NCBI RefSeq assembly: GCF_023055435.1
Contig: NW_025963779.1
Location: 21,266,001-21,330,000, forward strand
Length of the DNA stretch: 64,000 nt
Source: Haliotis rufescens
Taxonomy: Eukaryota
Direction of reading: 5' to 3'
Of this stretch, positions 25,164 to 36,344 are shown in pieces. The translations under genes were made by a program, and so were the position numbers. Positions within the stretch are counted from its first letter, which is position 1. Every line of letters starts with the position of its first letter. A model generated the notes under the pieces. It searched no databases. It was not told the DNA's origin and saw nothing but the letters and a program-made list of their open reading frames with translations.

Positions 25164-26424
25164 GGCGCTGGTGGTTGGGGGTGCTGTCATTGATAATGAT
25201 GTTCGGCCTGTCAGCAGTGGACGTCTTTTTTAGAATCGGTCCCAAGCAAATGGGTGATCAGCCTGAGTGACTTTGCTTATTGCCTGTCATCATACCCCAA
25301 TAATGTGGAACGTTGCTTATAATAATTATCCCCGGATAAGGGGAATTGTCAGGTCGAGACTTATTTACAGGATGCGGTCGGTTACATAGTTGGAATAGTG
25401 CTGAGCGCCGCTGCTTGCTGCTCAAGACTAATTTTTCATCAGTGCTTGTGTGTTTCACCAAGTGATGAAAACAGGATAAGCGCTGTCCATGCCAAACCCG
25501 AGTACATGAAACATGACATATTTTTAGCCCCTTCAATTAACATAAGTTCAAATTTACTGTCAAGATTGTTGGAAGATTGCTGTCTGGGTAGTTAGTATAA
25601 TACTGTGACATTGATTTGAACAGATTTAAACAGTGAGAGTATTGATTAGTCCATGTAGCCCCTCGTAGTATTGTAACTACTTTGATTGGCTGCGACATCC
25701 CGAGGCCTACGTCATGGCAACAGGCTTTACCATTATCACAGCGCAACAATTTTAGAAAGACAACTTTGTTACAGCACAGACGAGCAATGTGGGAGATGAT
25801 ACAGAGGAAATATACTACTCATAAAAGGTTAAGGACAACCCGATTCTTTCATATTACTATAGTTAATCGGTAATGCTACAAGAGTGTTGACAGAGCGTAT
25901 TTTAGAAATAAACGACGAGTGGGTGTTTTTTATCGTACAATAAACTACTGCAGGGTGAATAAACCATGAGGAGAGCATCATAATGGACAAATACTATTTT
26001 TGTGTTTGACAATTGTGGCCCAATGTGAATTGTTTACTTGTCCGGGAACGTGCATTTCATAGCCCAATCTAATTCAAATCTGATCTCCTCATTATAGAAA
26101 GCTCCAATTAGTGTTTAGTAAACATTCAAGAAAAAAACAGAATACCAGAAGAAACGTAGCATTGTTTTATATCATCAACTATTGCAAAATAACATCCACA
26201 CAAGTTAATCATCATACAGGACTTGTCAGACGTGCTCGTTCACAGCCTCTCGATGTATGCCGGAGTTTGATAAGCGAGTCTCAGGTACAGTACTTGTTCA
26301 CAGGTGTGTCACTTGTTTCCATCTGTTGCTCCAGTGGATAGCATTGTCTTTATATAGAGCATGGTGACGCATGGCTCCACACATCCACAAAAGTTAATCA
26401 TCATACAGGTAGAGTATGTCATTA

Positions 26425-26847
26425 TTAGGAAGATTCCCTTTGTGTGTCGATTCCCCTCTGAAATGCCGAGGAGAGCACACACAGTTTCTTCTCGTCGGTC
26501 CCCGATACTTTAGTCCAGCCAGACGAAGGAAGTACAGACGACCGGCGACGTACTTGTCTCGTCTGGTCGTTCAAAATACAACTGTCATCTTTGCTCTTGC
26601 GACTGGACATCGCTGCCGGTTTATCTGAACACAGAACTAGGGAACTTCGTTTCCGACACTGTCGAGTTACGGGATAAACAACGTCCGTCTTGCCTTTGTC
26701 TGAACTAGCCCCGTATGCCACTGGCACAGCAGTGTAAATGGCGGTACTCTGGTTCATCATGACCACACCCAATTTCCTCTGTCTCTGATCTTCTTCGTCA
26801 TAGTCATAGAACAGGTCCAAGATGTTCAGACAGCAACTTGCATCCAT
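26425..26847 (-). CDS. intronless orphan ORF, copy 1 (140 aa from the first ATG)
   Basis: ATCATGG Kozak context, upstream TATA box, paralogue at 35898-36344 with a frame-preserving indel. No family recognised. Confidence 0.45.
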   Translation of the reverse strand: MDASCCLNILDLFYDYDEEDQRQRKLGVVMMNQSTAIYTAVPVAYGASSDKGKTDVVYPVTRQCRKRSSLVLCSDKPAAMSSRKSKDDSCILNDQTRQVRRRSSVLPSSGWTKVSGTDEKKLCVLSSAFQRGIDTQRESS

Positions 26848-27039
26848 GATCGTACTTTTGCAGGGATCCAATGTTTGAATTTCAAAGTTTTAACAGACCT
26901 TCTCGTGCAGGACTTGTCAGACGTGCTCGTTCACAGCCTCTCGATGTATGCCGGAGTTTGATAAGTGAGTCTCAGGTACAGTACTTGTTCCCAGGTGTGT
27001 CACTTGTTTCCAACTGTTGCTCCAGTGGGGAGCGTTGTC

Positions 27040-27066
27040 TTTATATAGAGCATGGTGACGCATGGC
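27040..27066 (-). promoter_or_regulatory. TATA box (TATATAAA) with an adjacent CRE/ATF-like TGCGTCA
   Basis: About 190 bp upstream of the copy 1 ATG; a homologous block is present in copy 2. Confidence 0.45.
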
Positions 27067-27499
27067 TCCAGCAGAGATGACGGCTGTGGCTGGCTGTGAA
27101 CCTCTGCCTTGGTAGCCCCACGATTTCTTTCTACGTACGTCAATTATCATGTAATTTTTGTATCAGAACATCCGCTTTTCAGTCTCACCTATTAACCCGC
27201 CGACTGTATCTCGTAAGGTAGATCAATGACGTATGTAGATATAGTATGTATGTCTTTGGGTAGATCTATCTGATTCATCTGTCTCTAGTTTGTCTAACAA
27301 ACGCCAAACCTCTAACTGCAGTTTCTTCATGGTACTCTCCAGACACTGCAACACTAATGGCGACACCGGCGGGGGCCACGACTACTCGCGGACAAATCCA
27401 CGTGCCTCGGGCTCTTTTTCATAGTATTCCTGGCATCCTTGAGCTCCCCCCCCCCCCCCCCCCCCCCCCGCGGAACCAGCGGGCAGAAGAATTTGGGTT

Positions 27500-28949
27500 G
27501 CCGGTGTCCCGGTATAAACTCTACCCCCCGGATATATTTCGCGCCCCCCTCAGTATAAAGTCTCCCCCCTGATTATTCGGTTTGTTGCAATGTCTTTAAG
27601 TACTATATTCTTTAAATAGTTATCTTTAACGAAAGGAGGGTTACTTTAAAAAATAGATTATGAAATATGGTCATAATGAATTGATATTTCAGCATATATT
27701 ATTTGGTAACTGTACCTTCCATCCTCAAATAATTATAAGACATAATCATACCAAACACATTTGAATGAAATGACTTAATGTAACAAATACATGTACGGTT
27801 ACTGTTGTAACTGAATTCAGAAATCTTATTAATCCTCCCAAACATTCGGTTTTAACACTAACTACGTAAAAAAGGCCGATTTAAGATCTAAAATATATTC
27901 CTTAATACAGGCTACGATTTGAAAATGGTATCAGTGTAATATCAGTGGCTAGAATATCATGGTGCAACCAGGTTTCTGTTAAACATACAACATCATAACT
28001 ATCTAATTCAGCACTGATTAAATCTACTTTGTCTTTAAGACTGCGTACGTTTAGATGTATAATCTTTAAATCTGGACTATGCAAAGATCCTTGATTCGGA
28101 TGGATATCACCGCAGCAGAAGAGAAAAAGTAAAACTAAGAATGATAATCGGAAATTATATAAGCAAAGTAACCCAAATTATAGAGAAATGTGTATCAACT
28201 TCCCGAAATGATTAGCATGTAGAATAGATTAAAAAAACACCCACCGCCAGCCTGTATTGAACAACATCAACCGGCATCGTCAAAGCAACATGTACAGTTA
28301 CAATCGGGCTGGCGGTGAATCTTAATGAAGAACACCTTGTTAAAAAGACACACCGAAACTGATTTGCATAACTGATGACCACAACATATTGCAGAATAGT
28401 AAAAATGACACAGTTTAACCTCATACTGAAGAGAAAACAAGAACAACACACAGAAGTAAAATAGCACGTCATATAGAAATGAGATAAGTAATCTGAGAAG
28501 GGATTCATACGTTATATACAACTTATTTTTTTAAAATATTATAATACTCCGAATTACTTAATTATGGTGCACGTTTTTGGTTGGTGATTGTTCAGTAATG
28601 TCATGTGTGTATGTTGCATCAATAATAAGTAGGTATGATCGCCGATAATGAAGTAATTAGCCAATAACACTTTGGCCCGGCCCGGCCCGGCCCGGCCCGA
28701 CTTTTAGGCAATGCCTGTCTGTGTTTCCCAACGGCCCGAGCCGGATCATAACCACTACCCCGGCTACACCCTCAACTATTGAACTGCATGGCAAGCACTT
28801 ATAAAACGACCGGGGGAGGAAATAGTCTGGGAGAGATTTTATTTCGCAGGGTGGGGGAGAGTTTATTTCGAGAGGGGCGGAACTATACCGGTATAGATTC
28901 GCCGGGGGGAGATTTTATTCTGGGGGCGAATATATTTCGTGACACCGGC
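27500..28949. mobile_element. TIR (foldback-like) DNA element with GCCGGTGTC...GACACCGGC ends and C-rich/G-rich subterminal repeats
   Basis: Inverted termini and mirrored subterminal motifs; no clear TSD. Confidence 0.55.
27902..28120 (-). pseudogene. APE endonuclease N-terminal fragment of a CR1/L2-type LINE
   Basis: CGDIHPN followed by IIHLNVRSL...YDVVCLTETWL, the characteristic LINE endonuclease motifs. Confidence 0.8.
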
Positions 28950-29205
28950 CGCTGTAGTTAGCAGGCAACCAGAGTATCGTACACACACCAGCATGGTGTT
29001 AAACCAAAGTCCCCGACTGCACCATGCCAAACAGCGGGGTGCAAAATGTATAAATACACGTCATATAGATATATGTATAAATACATTTTGCAAACGGCTG
29101 GATTATATTATATTTGGAGTAAATTATGATGTGGAAGACAGTTGGGGAGTGGATAAGGGACTAGGAAGGAAAAGAAAAAATCCCCGACCAGTATAAAATG
29201 GAGTG

Positions 29206-29631
29206 TTATGTTTGATCTGAGGGTGGGTACATCTTAGACCCCCCTCTTCCCTGATCACTCCCGCAATCCGCCGATTTTCTTTTCAGTTCAATTCTTTTAA
29301 CATGGCTGGCCCCTCGCCAGGTTTGTCGAGGTAACATGTCTGACCATACCAATTTGGTATTCGAGAGTTTTAGCTGAGCGTATGTTTTGTCCAGATATAT
29401 GTTGTCATAAAGTTCCTTTGTCCCCTTGGTACATAGATCGTTTGATCCAAGATGGATAACCAGAAACTCCGGCTGGGGATGGCGGGCAACAAGTGTATCC
29501 ACTGCCTTGCGGAATTCCCCCCACTTCATTCCGCCCTTGCCTGCCAGTGGGTACCGTCAGTAGGGAGTCCGATGTAGTGGTCAGATGGTCGTGGAATCGG
29601 ACCATATCACTGGACCCGATACACCATACAT
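29206..29631 (-). pseudogene. SGNH hydrolase ORF of the Ngaro element (frameshifted, C-terminally truncated)
   Basis: VWCIGSS (block I), GMKW (block II), LVIHLGSNDL (block III), LVWSDMLPR; no DGxH block V seen. Confidence 0.8.
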
Positions 29632-29760
29632 CTGAACCTTAAATACACTAGCAGCATTTTTGTTATAAAAAACATGTTTATACTTACCTATTAATTTATT
29701 TACGGTATTTGTTTGTTTACCTTTATGTCTATATATTGTTAGAGTTAGTGAAAGTAAGTA

Positions 29761-31362
29761 TTATCCCGTTTCCCCCGTGGAAAGGCAACAGGCGGATTGG
29801 GTGGTCAGTTTGTTTTTGTTTCTGCTAGGTGTAGTGTTAGTGGTGAGTTGAGTAATGCGGATATATTTGCTGTAACAGTTTGATTTCCAACGCCCATATT
29901 CCTGGATCTGTTTGGAACTAACCCCATTAATTGCTGCTGTGGTAGCCGCTCCAATGCGAAAAGAGTGAGACGAAAACAAATGAAGACTGAGCTGTGGTAA
30001 GGAAAAAGCCAGGGCCTTTCTCAAAATTGACTGAAATTGGAATCTAGTTAAAGGACGTCCATCAAAATGGACGAACAAATGACCGTGCACTGGTGGTCTG
30101 ATGGATAGAAACTGTTGCATTGCTCTGACAGGACCCAGTCTGGAGTGAGGAATAGCTGTTATTTTTATTTGCACACCTTTGCCACTCTGATCCGTTTTGG
30201 ACGAGCGTAAACATACCGTTATGTGACTTATATCTCCTGCCACATGAATATCAGACAAAAGACACGCCTTATGGGAGAAATCCTTGGCTGACTCTGATCC
30301 GTTTTGGACGAGGGTAAACATACCGTTATGTGACTTTTATCTCCTGCCACATGAATATCAGACAAAAGACACGCCTTATGGGAGAAATCCTTGGCTGACT
30401 CTGATCCGTTTTGGACGAGGGTAAACATACCGTTATGTGACTTATATCTCCTGCCACATGAATATCAGACAAAAGACACGCCTTATGGGAGAAATCCTTG
30501 GCTGACTCTGATCCGTTTTGGACGAGGGTAAACATACCGTTATGTGACTTATATCTCCTGCCACATGAATATCAGACAAAAGACACGCCCTATGGGAGAA
30601 ATCCTTGGCTGACTCTGATCCGTTTTGGACGAGGGTAAACATACCGTTATGTGACTTATATCTCCTGCCACATGAATATCAGACAAAAGACACGCCCTAT
30701 GGGAGAAATCCTTGGCTGACTCTGATACGTTTTGGACGAGGGTAAACATACCGTTATGTGACTTATATCTCCTGCCACATGAATATCAGACAAAAGACAC
30801 GCCCTATGGGAGAAATCCTTGGCTGACTCTGATCCGTTTTGGACGAGCGTAAACATACCGTTATGTGACTTATATCTCCTGCCACATGAATATCAGACAA
30901 AAGACACGCCCTATGGGAGAAATCCTTGGCTGACTCTGATCCGTTTTGGACGAGGGTAAACATACCGTTATGTGACTTATATCTCCTGCCACATGAATAT
31001 CAGACAAAAGACACGCCCTATGGGAGAAATCCTTGGCTGACTCTGATCCGTTTTGGACGAGGGTAAACATACCGTTATGTGACTTATATCTCCTGCCACA
31101 TGAATATCAGACAAAAGACACGCCCTATGGGAGAAATCCTTGTCTGACTCTGATCCGTTTTGGACGAGCGTAAACATACCGTTATGTGACTTATATCTCC
31201 TGCCACATGAATATCAGACGAAAGACACGCCTTATGGGAGAAATCATTGGCTGACTCTGCCACCAGCTCACTGATTCTAAGGAATCCAAAAAATGCAAGC
31301 AGGTATATGCAGCTGTGAAAAGAGACATTTCGTAAGTTGAAGCACAAACTACCGGTAATGCT
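29761..31362 (-). pseudogene. tyrosine recombinase catalytic domain interrupted by a 107-bp array
   Basis: LAFFGFLRISE (R), RSSKTDQ (K), SHSFRIGAAT (HxxR), GRWKS (W), YIR (Y). Confidence 0.9.
30184..31259. repeat. 10 x 107-bp tandem array derived from the YR coding sequence
   Basis: 107-bp period (30184 + 10 x 107 = 31254), bounded by the ACTCTG microhomology. Confidence 0.97.
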
Positions 31363-31364
31363 GT

Positions 31365-31809
31365 GTAGGAGAAACCATGTCTCCGAGGGATTACTAGAGA
31401 TTGTAAACCCTCACATGAGGGACGTTCCCGAAAGTGAGGGTTTATAATCTCTAGTAATCTCGAGGAGACATGGTTTGTCAAAGTTATAAACCGACTCATT
31501 GCATAGACAACGTTTTTAATTAAATAACTGTAATAAAAACGCTCAAATGTATAACCTGTATCGGAAATGAAATATCGCCTGCAGTCGTGAACTCGGTTCA
31601 ATGAAACCGGTGACCTCAGCACGTGGGTTTCCCAAGGGTGCGAAATCTGCACGTGCGTCTCGTAGGCTAAGACAATTACACGTTTTGCTATGACTGACGC
31701 TCATTGTTGTACAGCCTGTTGACAGCGGATCTTGAAAAGGACACCTCCTGCGAGGTGTTACAACAATTTCAAAAACTCCATATCGAGTTACACAAACAGC
31801 CAGTAGGTT
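31365..31809. mobile_element. ~445-bp non-coding insertion in the YR gene with a long subterminal hairpin (31372-31476)
   Basis: Removing it rejoins ...LSLI|TALPVVC; hairpin arms AAACCATGTCTC...GATTACTAGAGATT.TAAACCCTCAC and GTGAGGGTTTA.AATCTCTAGTAATC...GAGACATGGTTT. Confidence 0.65.
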
Positions 31810-32174
31810 TATAAGTGACAATAACAGTCAATTGTCATTGGGAGTCGAGTGTCAGCCTTCTGTTTCTGTCTGACAAATCCGATCAAGGCTTTCTGGATAA
31901 GAAAATGGGATGTTAGGTCATGCATACCATGTAACTTTTGCCATGTTGTTAATGCCGATGTATAAGACTTTGACGTGCGAGGAGATTTTCCTGTTAAGGA
32001 GAGATGAGCGATAAAATGCATAAGGTGATCAACCGGGGCGGGCCAAAGGTGTGGCAGGCTGAAAGAGATGCGGAAAACATTAAATGACCTTAGTGCAGAC
32101 TCATACAGGTTCCATGTGTTGAGTGCTAGAGAAGACTGCACTAGACGTTGCACCTCTGTCGTCAGATCTGCCAT
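31810..32174 (-). pseudogene. N-terminal (core-binding) part of the tyrosine recombinase
   Basis: SLALNTWNLYESA...FIAHLS...SPRTSKSYTSAL...DTRLPMT, typical of DIRS/Ngaro YR. Confidence 0.88.
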
Positions 32175-32236
32175 ATGTCCTGTGGTATGTGTGCTGGTAT
32201 CTCGTCTTCCCGCGGCGCTGCTTCCTTAAACCTAGA

Positions 32237-33082
32237 CTACTGAAATATCGAAAGTGCACCAGCCATAACGTTTGGATGCGTAGGAATATACGAGGCTTTG
32301 AACAAGATATTATGTTGTAAACAGAGGAGTATCAGGCGCCTAAGCAACGACATAACTCGGGGTGGTTTTGCTGTTTGTTTATTGATAATTGCTCGCTTGT
32401 TTCGTAGATGTCTGCCCCACAGTCTTACTGCCAATACAATTGGAAAAAAGCTCCAGCATAGTGATGTCCTTAGTCCATCCATTCTGCACCCACTCGTTAG
32501 GCCGTCTGCCATTCGCCCATCTACCCATGAAAAAGGCTCCGAAACCATGGTTACCTGATGCGTCGGTAAACAAATGTGTATCCGATGAGTTGATCCACTC
32601 GGAATCTATAAATGCAGAAGTGCCGCCATAAATTAATAAACGGCCTATCGGAATTGCTCTACATACAAAGTTAAGTTTTCCCACCAAGGACCCAAGTAGT
32701 GTAAAGTTGTTTTCTTCTTAAAAGGTGATAAAGGAACATCTATTTCCTGCGTAAGCCGCACAACCTTGTCGGTATGCTAATTTGCGCTTTGACTGTCGAT
32801 TGTGATACCCAGGAAGGTCATATATGTTGTAGGTAGCACCGTTTTGTCCTTTGCGACGGGAACGCCCATGTTTTGTATTAACTCCAGGGAGGACTCGAGA
32901 GTTTGTTGACACTAATCAGAGGCTATTGCTGCCAATGCAAAATCATCCAAATTTTTGGTGTATTTCCTGAGTACCCACTGCAGAAATGCTAATTTTTTCA
33001 AATGTTGCACATGATATGGAACAGCCAAATCGAAGACTTTTGTCAAAGTAGAAATTATGTTTGAATTGTATGCCCAGAAATA
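32237..33082 (-). pseudogene. RT C-terminal part and RNase H remnant (multiple frameshifts and deletions)
   Basis: LGIQFKHNFYFDKSLRFGCSISCATFEK, LVGKLNFVCRAI, LFTDASGNHGFG, ITMLELFPIVLAVRLWG. Confidence 0.85.
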
Positions 33083-34457
33083 GGGGCACTGATCTAAAGC
33101 AATTCCCCGGGACTGGTTGTTGCCTTTGTTATTGTTTTTTCCCGTGAGTACCGGATGATATAGCAGAAACCTAGACTAGTTCGCAACCTGTGCTGCGCAA
33201 TTCGTAAGCGCATTTTGTCACTTTTATTGATAGTATAAGGGCGTATGGTCACATTGATCAACAAAATGAAATACAGTTTTGAAAATAATAAGGAAATGTA
33301 CGTATCTTTGTGGGTAGCATCGGTAATGGTGACGAAATTTTGATAAGTCACTTGTTTGGTAATTGTGCGATTTTCGTTTACACTATTTTGACTTGCAACA
33401 CAAAATAAATATTGCTCCTGAGCATTGGCTTATTTTATCGTGTTTATATTTTTACAGTCAAAATGTGCAAAATTTTCATTTAGGAAATATTTTAAACGCC
33501 TGCATATTCAGTTATTTTACAAATTGACTGAAAAATGTGTCCATCTGTATTATTATGACAACGAATTCATAATGTTACGATGAAAGTACATTTCTATATT
33601 GTTTGGCTTCTAATCCTACATAATAATATATTGTGATGTTTTTAGGCCCTATTAATCGTCTTAATCAATGTTGGTCAATCTGTTAAAGAAATGGACAGAT
33701 TTTTCAGTCAAAATGACTGAAATATTTACACATTTTATAAATTGCCTGAGAGAATCACATTTTACAAATTGACTGTAATATACAAAGGAAAATACTTGTG
33801 AAAACAACGTCTATCGCGGATCGAAGAATTTCCCAACCAAGACGTAGAGGAACAAGAACGAATCTGTCCAATGCTACTGCAAATGAAGGAAAACAAAATG
33901 CGAATATCATTATTACAACCTACCAAACTTATGTGTTAATTTTGGCAGCTTCCTTGTTCGAGGAATGTATCCGTGAATATCCACACAAAGGAACAATATC
34001 CCAAACATCTGCAGCTGTACAAAGAAACGTATTCGATGTCACGCGTCTCTGTAACAATTAAATATTTTAAAATATATATATCGTTTCGGGATATTATAAC
34101 CCGTGTTCGTTTCTGAACTGATCACTTAGATTGTTTTTTAAACTATAACAATCAGGGGTATTTCCAAATGACGACAACCGATGAGCTCCGCCGTTCTTTT
34201 TGTCTGTTTGTTTAGGCTGAAGAAATTAATTAACATGAGCTCTTTGTCGAAATCTTTATAGATCACGGTTAACCAATCAGTGTTAAAAAATGGGTAAAAC
34301 AAATATTGCCTCCAAGATTATTTTGCTGTCCTTGCAGACGGTAGCCCAGTCTCTTGTCACGCTCGGTTGCATTGCGTATCATCCGGGTACTCACGAAAAA
34401 AAACCAAATAACAAAGGCAACAACCAGTCCCGGGGAATTGCTTTCGATCAGTGCCCC
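33083..34457. mobile_element. 1.37-kb non-autonomous TIR DNA transposon inserted in the Ngaro RT
   Basis: ~75-bp TIRs starting GGGGCACTGATCKAAAGCAATTCCCCGGGACTGGTTGTTGCCTTTGTTATT; RT coding resumes on both sides. Confidence 0.88.
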
Positions 34458-34458
34458 C

Positions 34459-34665
34459 ATCTGGTCGTATAGGTATCAAATTTTGCCATGTGTGCACCTT
34501 TGCCTATTCCTTGTATCGTGGTTAGCACCTGGTCAAAGCTTGTGTACTTGACTGTTGACACAACGTGTGATATGTAGATTCTAATTTCTTCTAACCCCCG
34601 TCCTACTGGCTCTTGGACCCTTTACCAGTCGGTGGGCCAGCGCCGCTTTCCTTTTAGGAGGCATC
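34459..34665 (-). pseudogene. RT N-terminal remnant joined by deletion to a gag-like start
   Basis: TVKYTSFDQVLTTIQGIGKGAHMAKFD.../IPIRPD matches DIRS RT; upstream ATG gives MPPKRKAA..., inferred to be the ORF1 start. Confidence 0.65.
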
Positions 34666-34951
34666 CCTCATACACCTGTTGCGTTGTGGGACCTGTCTTC
34701 TACATCTTGTAATTATTCTGGCTACCACAGACAACAAAACGCCGTTCTTTTGCCGCCATATGTTAATCTCTCCCACCTCTGCCCAAGGGCAGATTATCCC
34801 AAACGTCATTTCATTTCCAACCGCCAGAAGAAAAAGATAACATGCTTTTCCTTATGTGAAATTTACATTCAAATTTACTACAAAATGTACTCCGTTTTGC
34901 TACGCTACACACCAAACAAACGAATGAGGTGAGGTGAAGTCGCAAGAGGTG

Positions 34952-35197
34952 TAACGCCGCACTCAGCAATATCCCTGCTATATGACGGCGGTGTGTAAAT
35001 AATCGAATCTGGACCAGACAATCAAGTGATTGACATCATGGGCATCGAGCCACGCAGTTGGGATACGATGACATGCATCAACCAAGTCAGCGAGCCTGAT
35101 CACCCGATCCCGTTAGTCGCCTCTTGCGACAAGCACAGTCGCCTTTTACGGCAAGCTTGGGTTGCTGAAGACCTATTCTACCCCGGATCTTCATGGG
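34952..35197 (-). mobile_element. SINE family B (non-tRNA head with an RTE-5'UTR-like GTAAGAGGCGACTAA motif)
   Basis: Near-identical dispersed copies at 40152-40403 (+), ~41798-41998 (+), ~49485-49732 (-), ~51446-51681 (+), ~52080-52268 (-) and ~63466-63687 (-). Confidence 0.85.
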
Positions 35198-35453
35198 TTG
35201 ACTTATGTTGTCATAACGAGGACTTGTTGAACTGTTTCAGGCGTATTATCACTGCACTGGTCACACAGACGGGATGCCTCCTTCACAACAACACCAGTAT
35301 AGGCGTTTAATACACAGTGACCGAGACGAAGTCCAGCTTAAACGACTTCATTCTTATGCCCCGGATTCTCCCCAGGGTTCAGACAAAATATAGGAAAGAA
35401 GTGCTGCAGACTGAATAAGCTGCTCATTGACACATGATTTACTTCCCTTGATC

Positions 35454-35678
35454 AAAGCGTTAACGTGATCATTAGGGAAAGCGTTAACGTGATCATTAAG
35501 GAAAGCGTTAACGTGACCATTAGGGAAAGCGGGAAAGCGTTAACGTGATCATTAGGGAAAGCGTTAACGTGATCATTAGGGAAAGCGTTAACGTGATCAT
35601 TAGGGAAAGCGTTAACGTTATCATTAGGGAAAGCGTTAACGTGATCAATAAGGAAAGCGTTAACGTGATCAATAGGGA
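35454..35678. repeat. 24-bp minisatellite (GCGTTAACGTGATCATTAGGGAAA), ~9 copies
   Basis: Tandem periodicity. Confidence 0.95.
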
Positions 35679-35897
35679 ATAAATCCTGTCCTTGTCATAT
35701 AAATGTAAAAGATTCGTGATACTGTATAACGAGACCCTTTATCAGACAAAGACAGCCAGGATAAGTGTTTGCAAACATTCAAGAATAAACAGAATACCAG
35801 AAGAAACGTAGCATTGTTTTATATCATCAACTATTGCAAAATAACATCCACACAATTTAATCATCATACAGGTAGAGTATGTCATTATTGGGAAGAT

Positions 35898-36344
35898 TCA
35901 CTTTGTGTCGACTCCCCGCTGGAATGCCGAGGAGAGCACACACAGATCCTTCTCGTCGGTCCCCGATACTTTAGTCCAGCCAGACGCCGCAAGTACAGAC
36001 GACCGGCGACGTACTTGTCTCGTCTGGTCGTTCAAAATACAACTGTCATCTTTGCTCTTGCGACTGGACATTGCTGCCGGTTTATCTGAACACAGAACTA
36101 GGGAACTTCGTTTCCGACACTGTCGAGTTACGGGATAAACAACGTCCGTCTTGCCTTTGTCTGACCTAGCCCCGTATGACACTGGCACTGGCACAGCAGT
36201 GTAAATGGCGGTACTCTGGTTCATCATGACCACACCCAATTTCCTATGTCTCTGATCTTCTTCGTCATAGTCATAGAACAGGTCCAAGATGTTCAGACCG
36301 AAACTTACTTCCATGGTCGTCATTCTGCTCGGATCGCACTCCAT
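35898..36344 (-). CDS. intronless orphan ORF, copy 2 (148 aa)
   Basis: ATG start plus an internal ACCATGG aligned with the copy 1 ATG; highly similar to 26425-26847. Confidence 0.45.
   Translation of the reverse strand: MECDPSRMTTMEVSFGLNILDLFYDYDEEDQRHRKLGVVMMNQSTAIYTAVPVPVSYGARSDKGKTDVVYPVTRQCRKRSSLVLCSDKPAAMSSRKSKDDSCILNDQTRQVRRRSSVLAASGWTKVSGTDEKDLCVLSSAFQRGVDTK

Larger units (their letters stand above)
29190..34680 (-). mobile_element. degenerate Ngaro-type (DIRS order) tyrosine-recombinase retrotransposon with nested insertions
   Basis: Colinear gag-like start, RT, RNase H, YR and SGNH remnants on -. YR followed by an SGNH hydrolase is the Ngaro layout. Terminal split repeats not found. 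Confidence 0.88.

Noticed and set aside
22231-25245. 1004-aa ORF and many overlapping ORFs
   Set aside because: Translations of the 25-bp minisatellite, open in several frames on both strands.
30184-31259. CRISPR-like or cassette array next to a recombinase
   Set aside because: No unique spacers; the units are whole duplications of YR coding sequence.
31405-31440. Hammerhead-like core CACATGA-GGGA-CGT-TCCC-GAAA
   Set aside because: The invariant CUGA is replaced by CACA, and the flanks form one continuous stem rather than a three-way junction.
29761-32174. Phage integrase or bacterial contamination
   Set aside because: Flanked by DIRS-type RT/RNase H and SGNH in an intron- and SINE-rich eukaryotic context.
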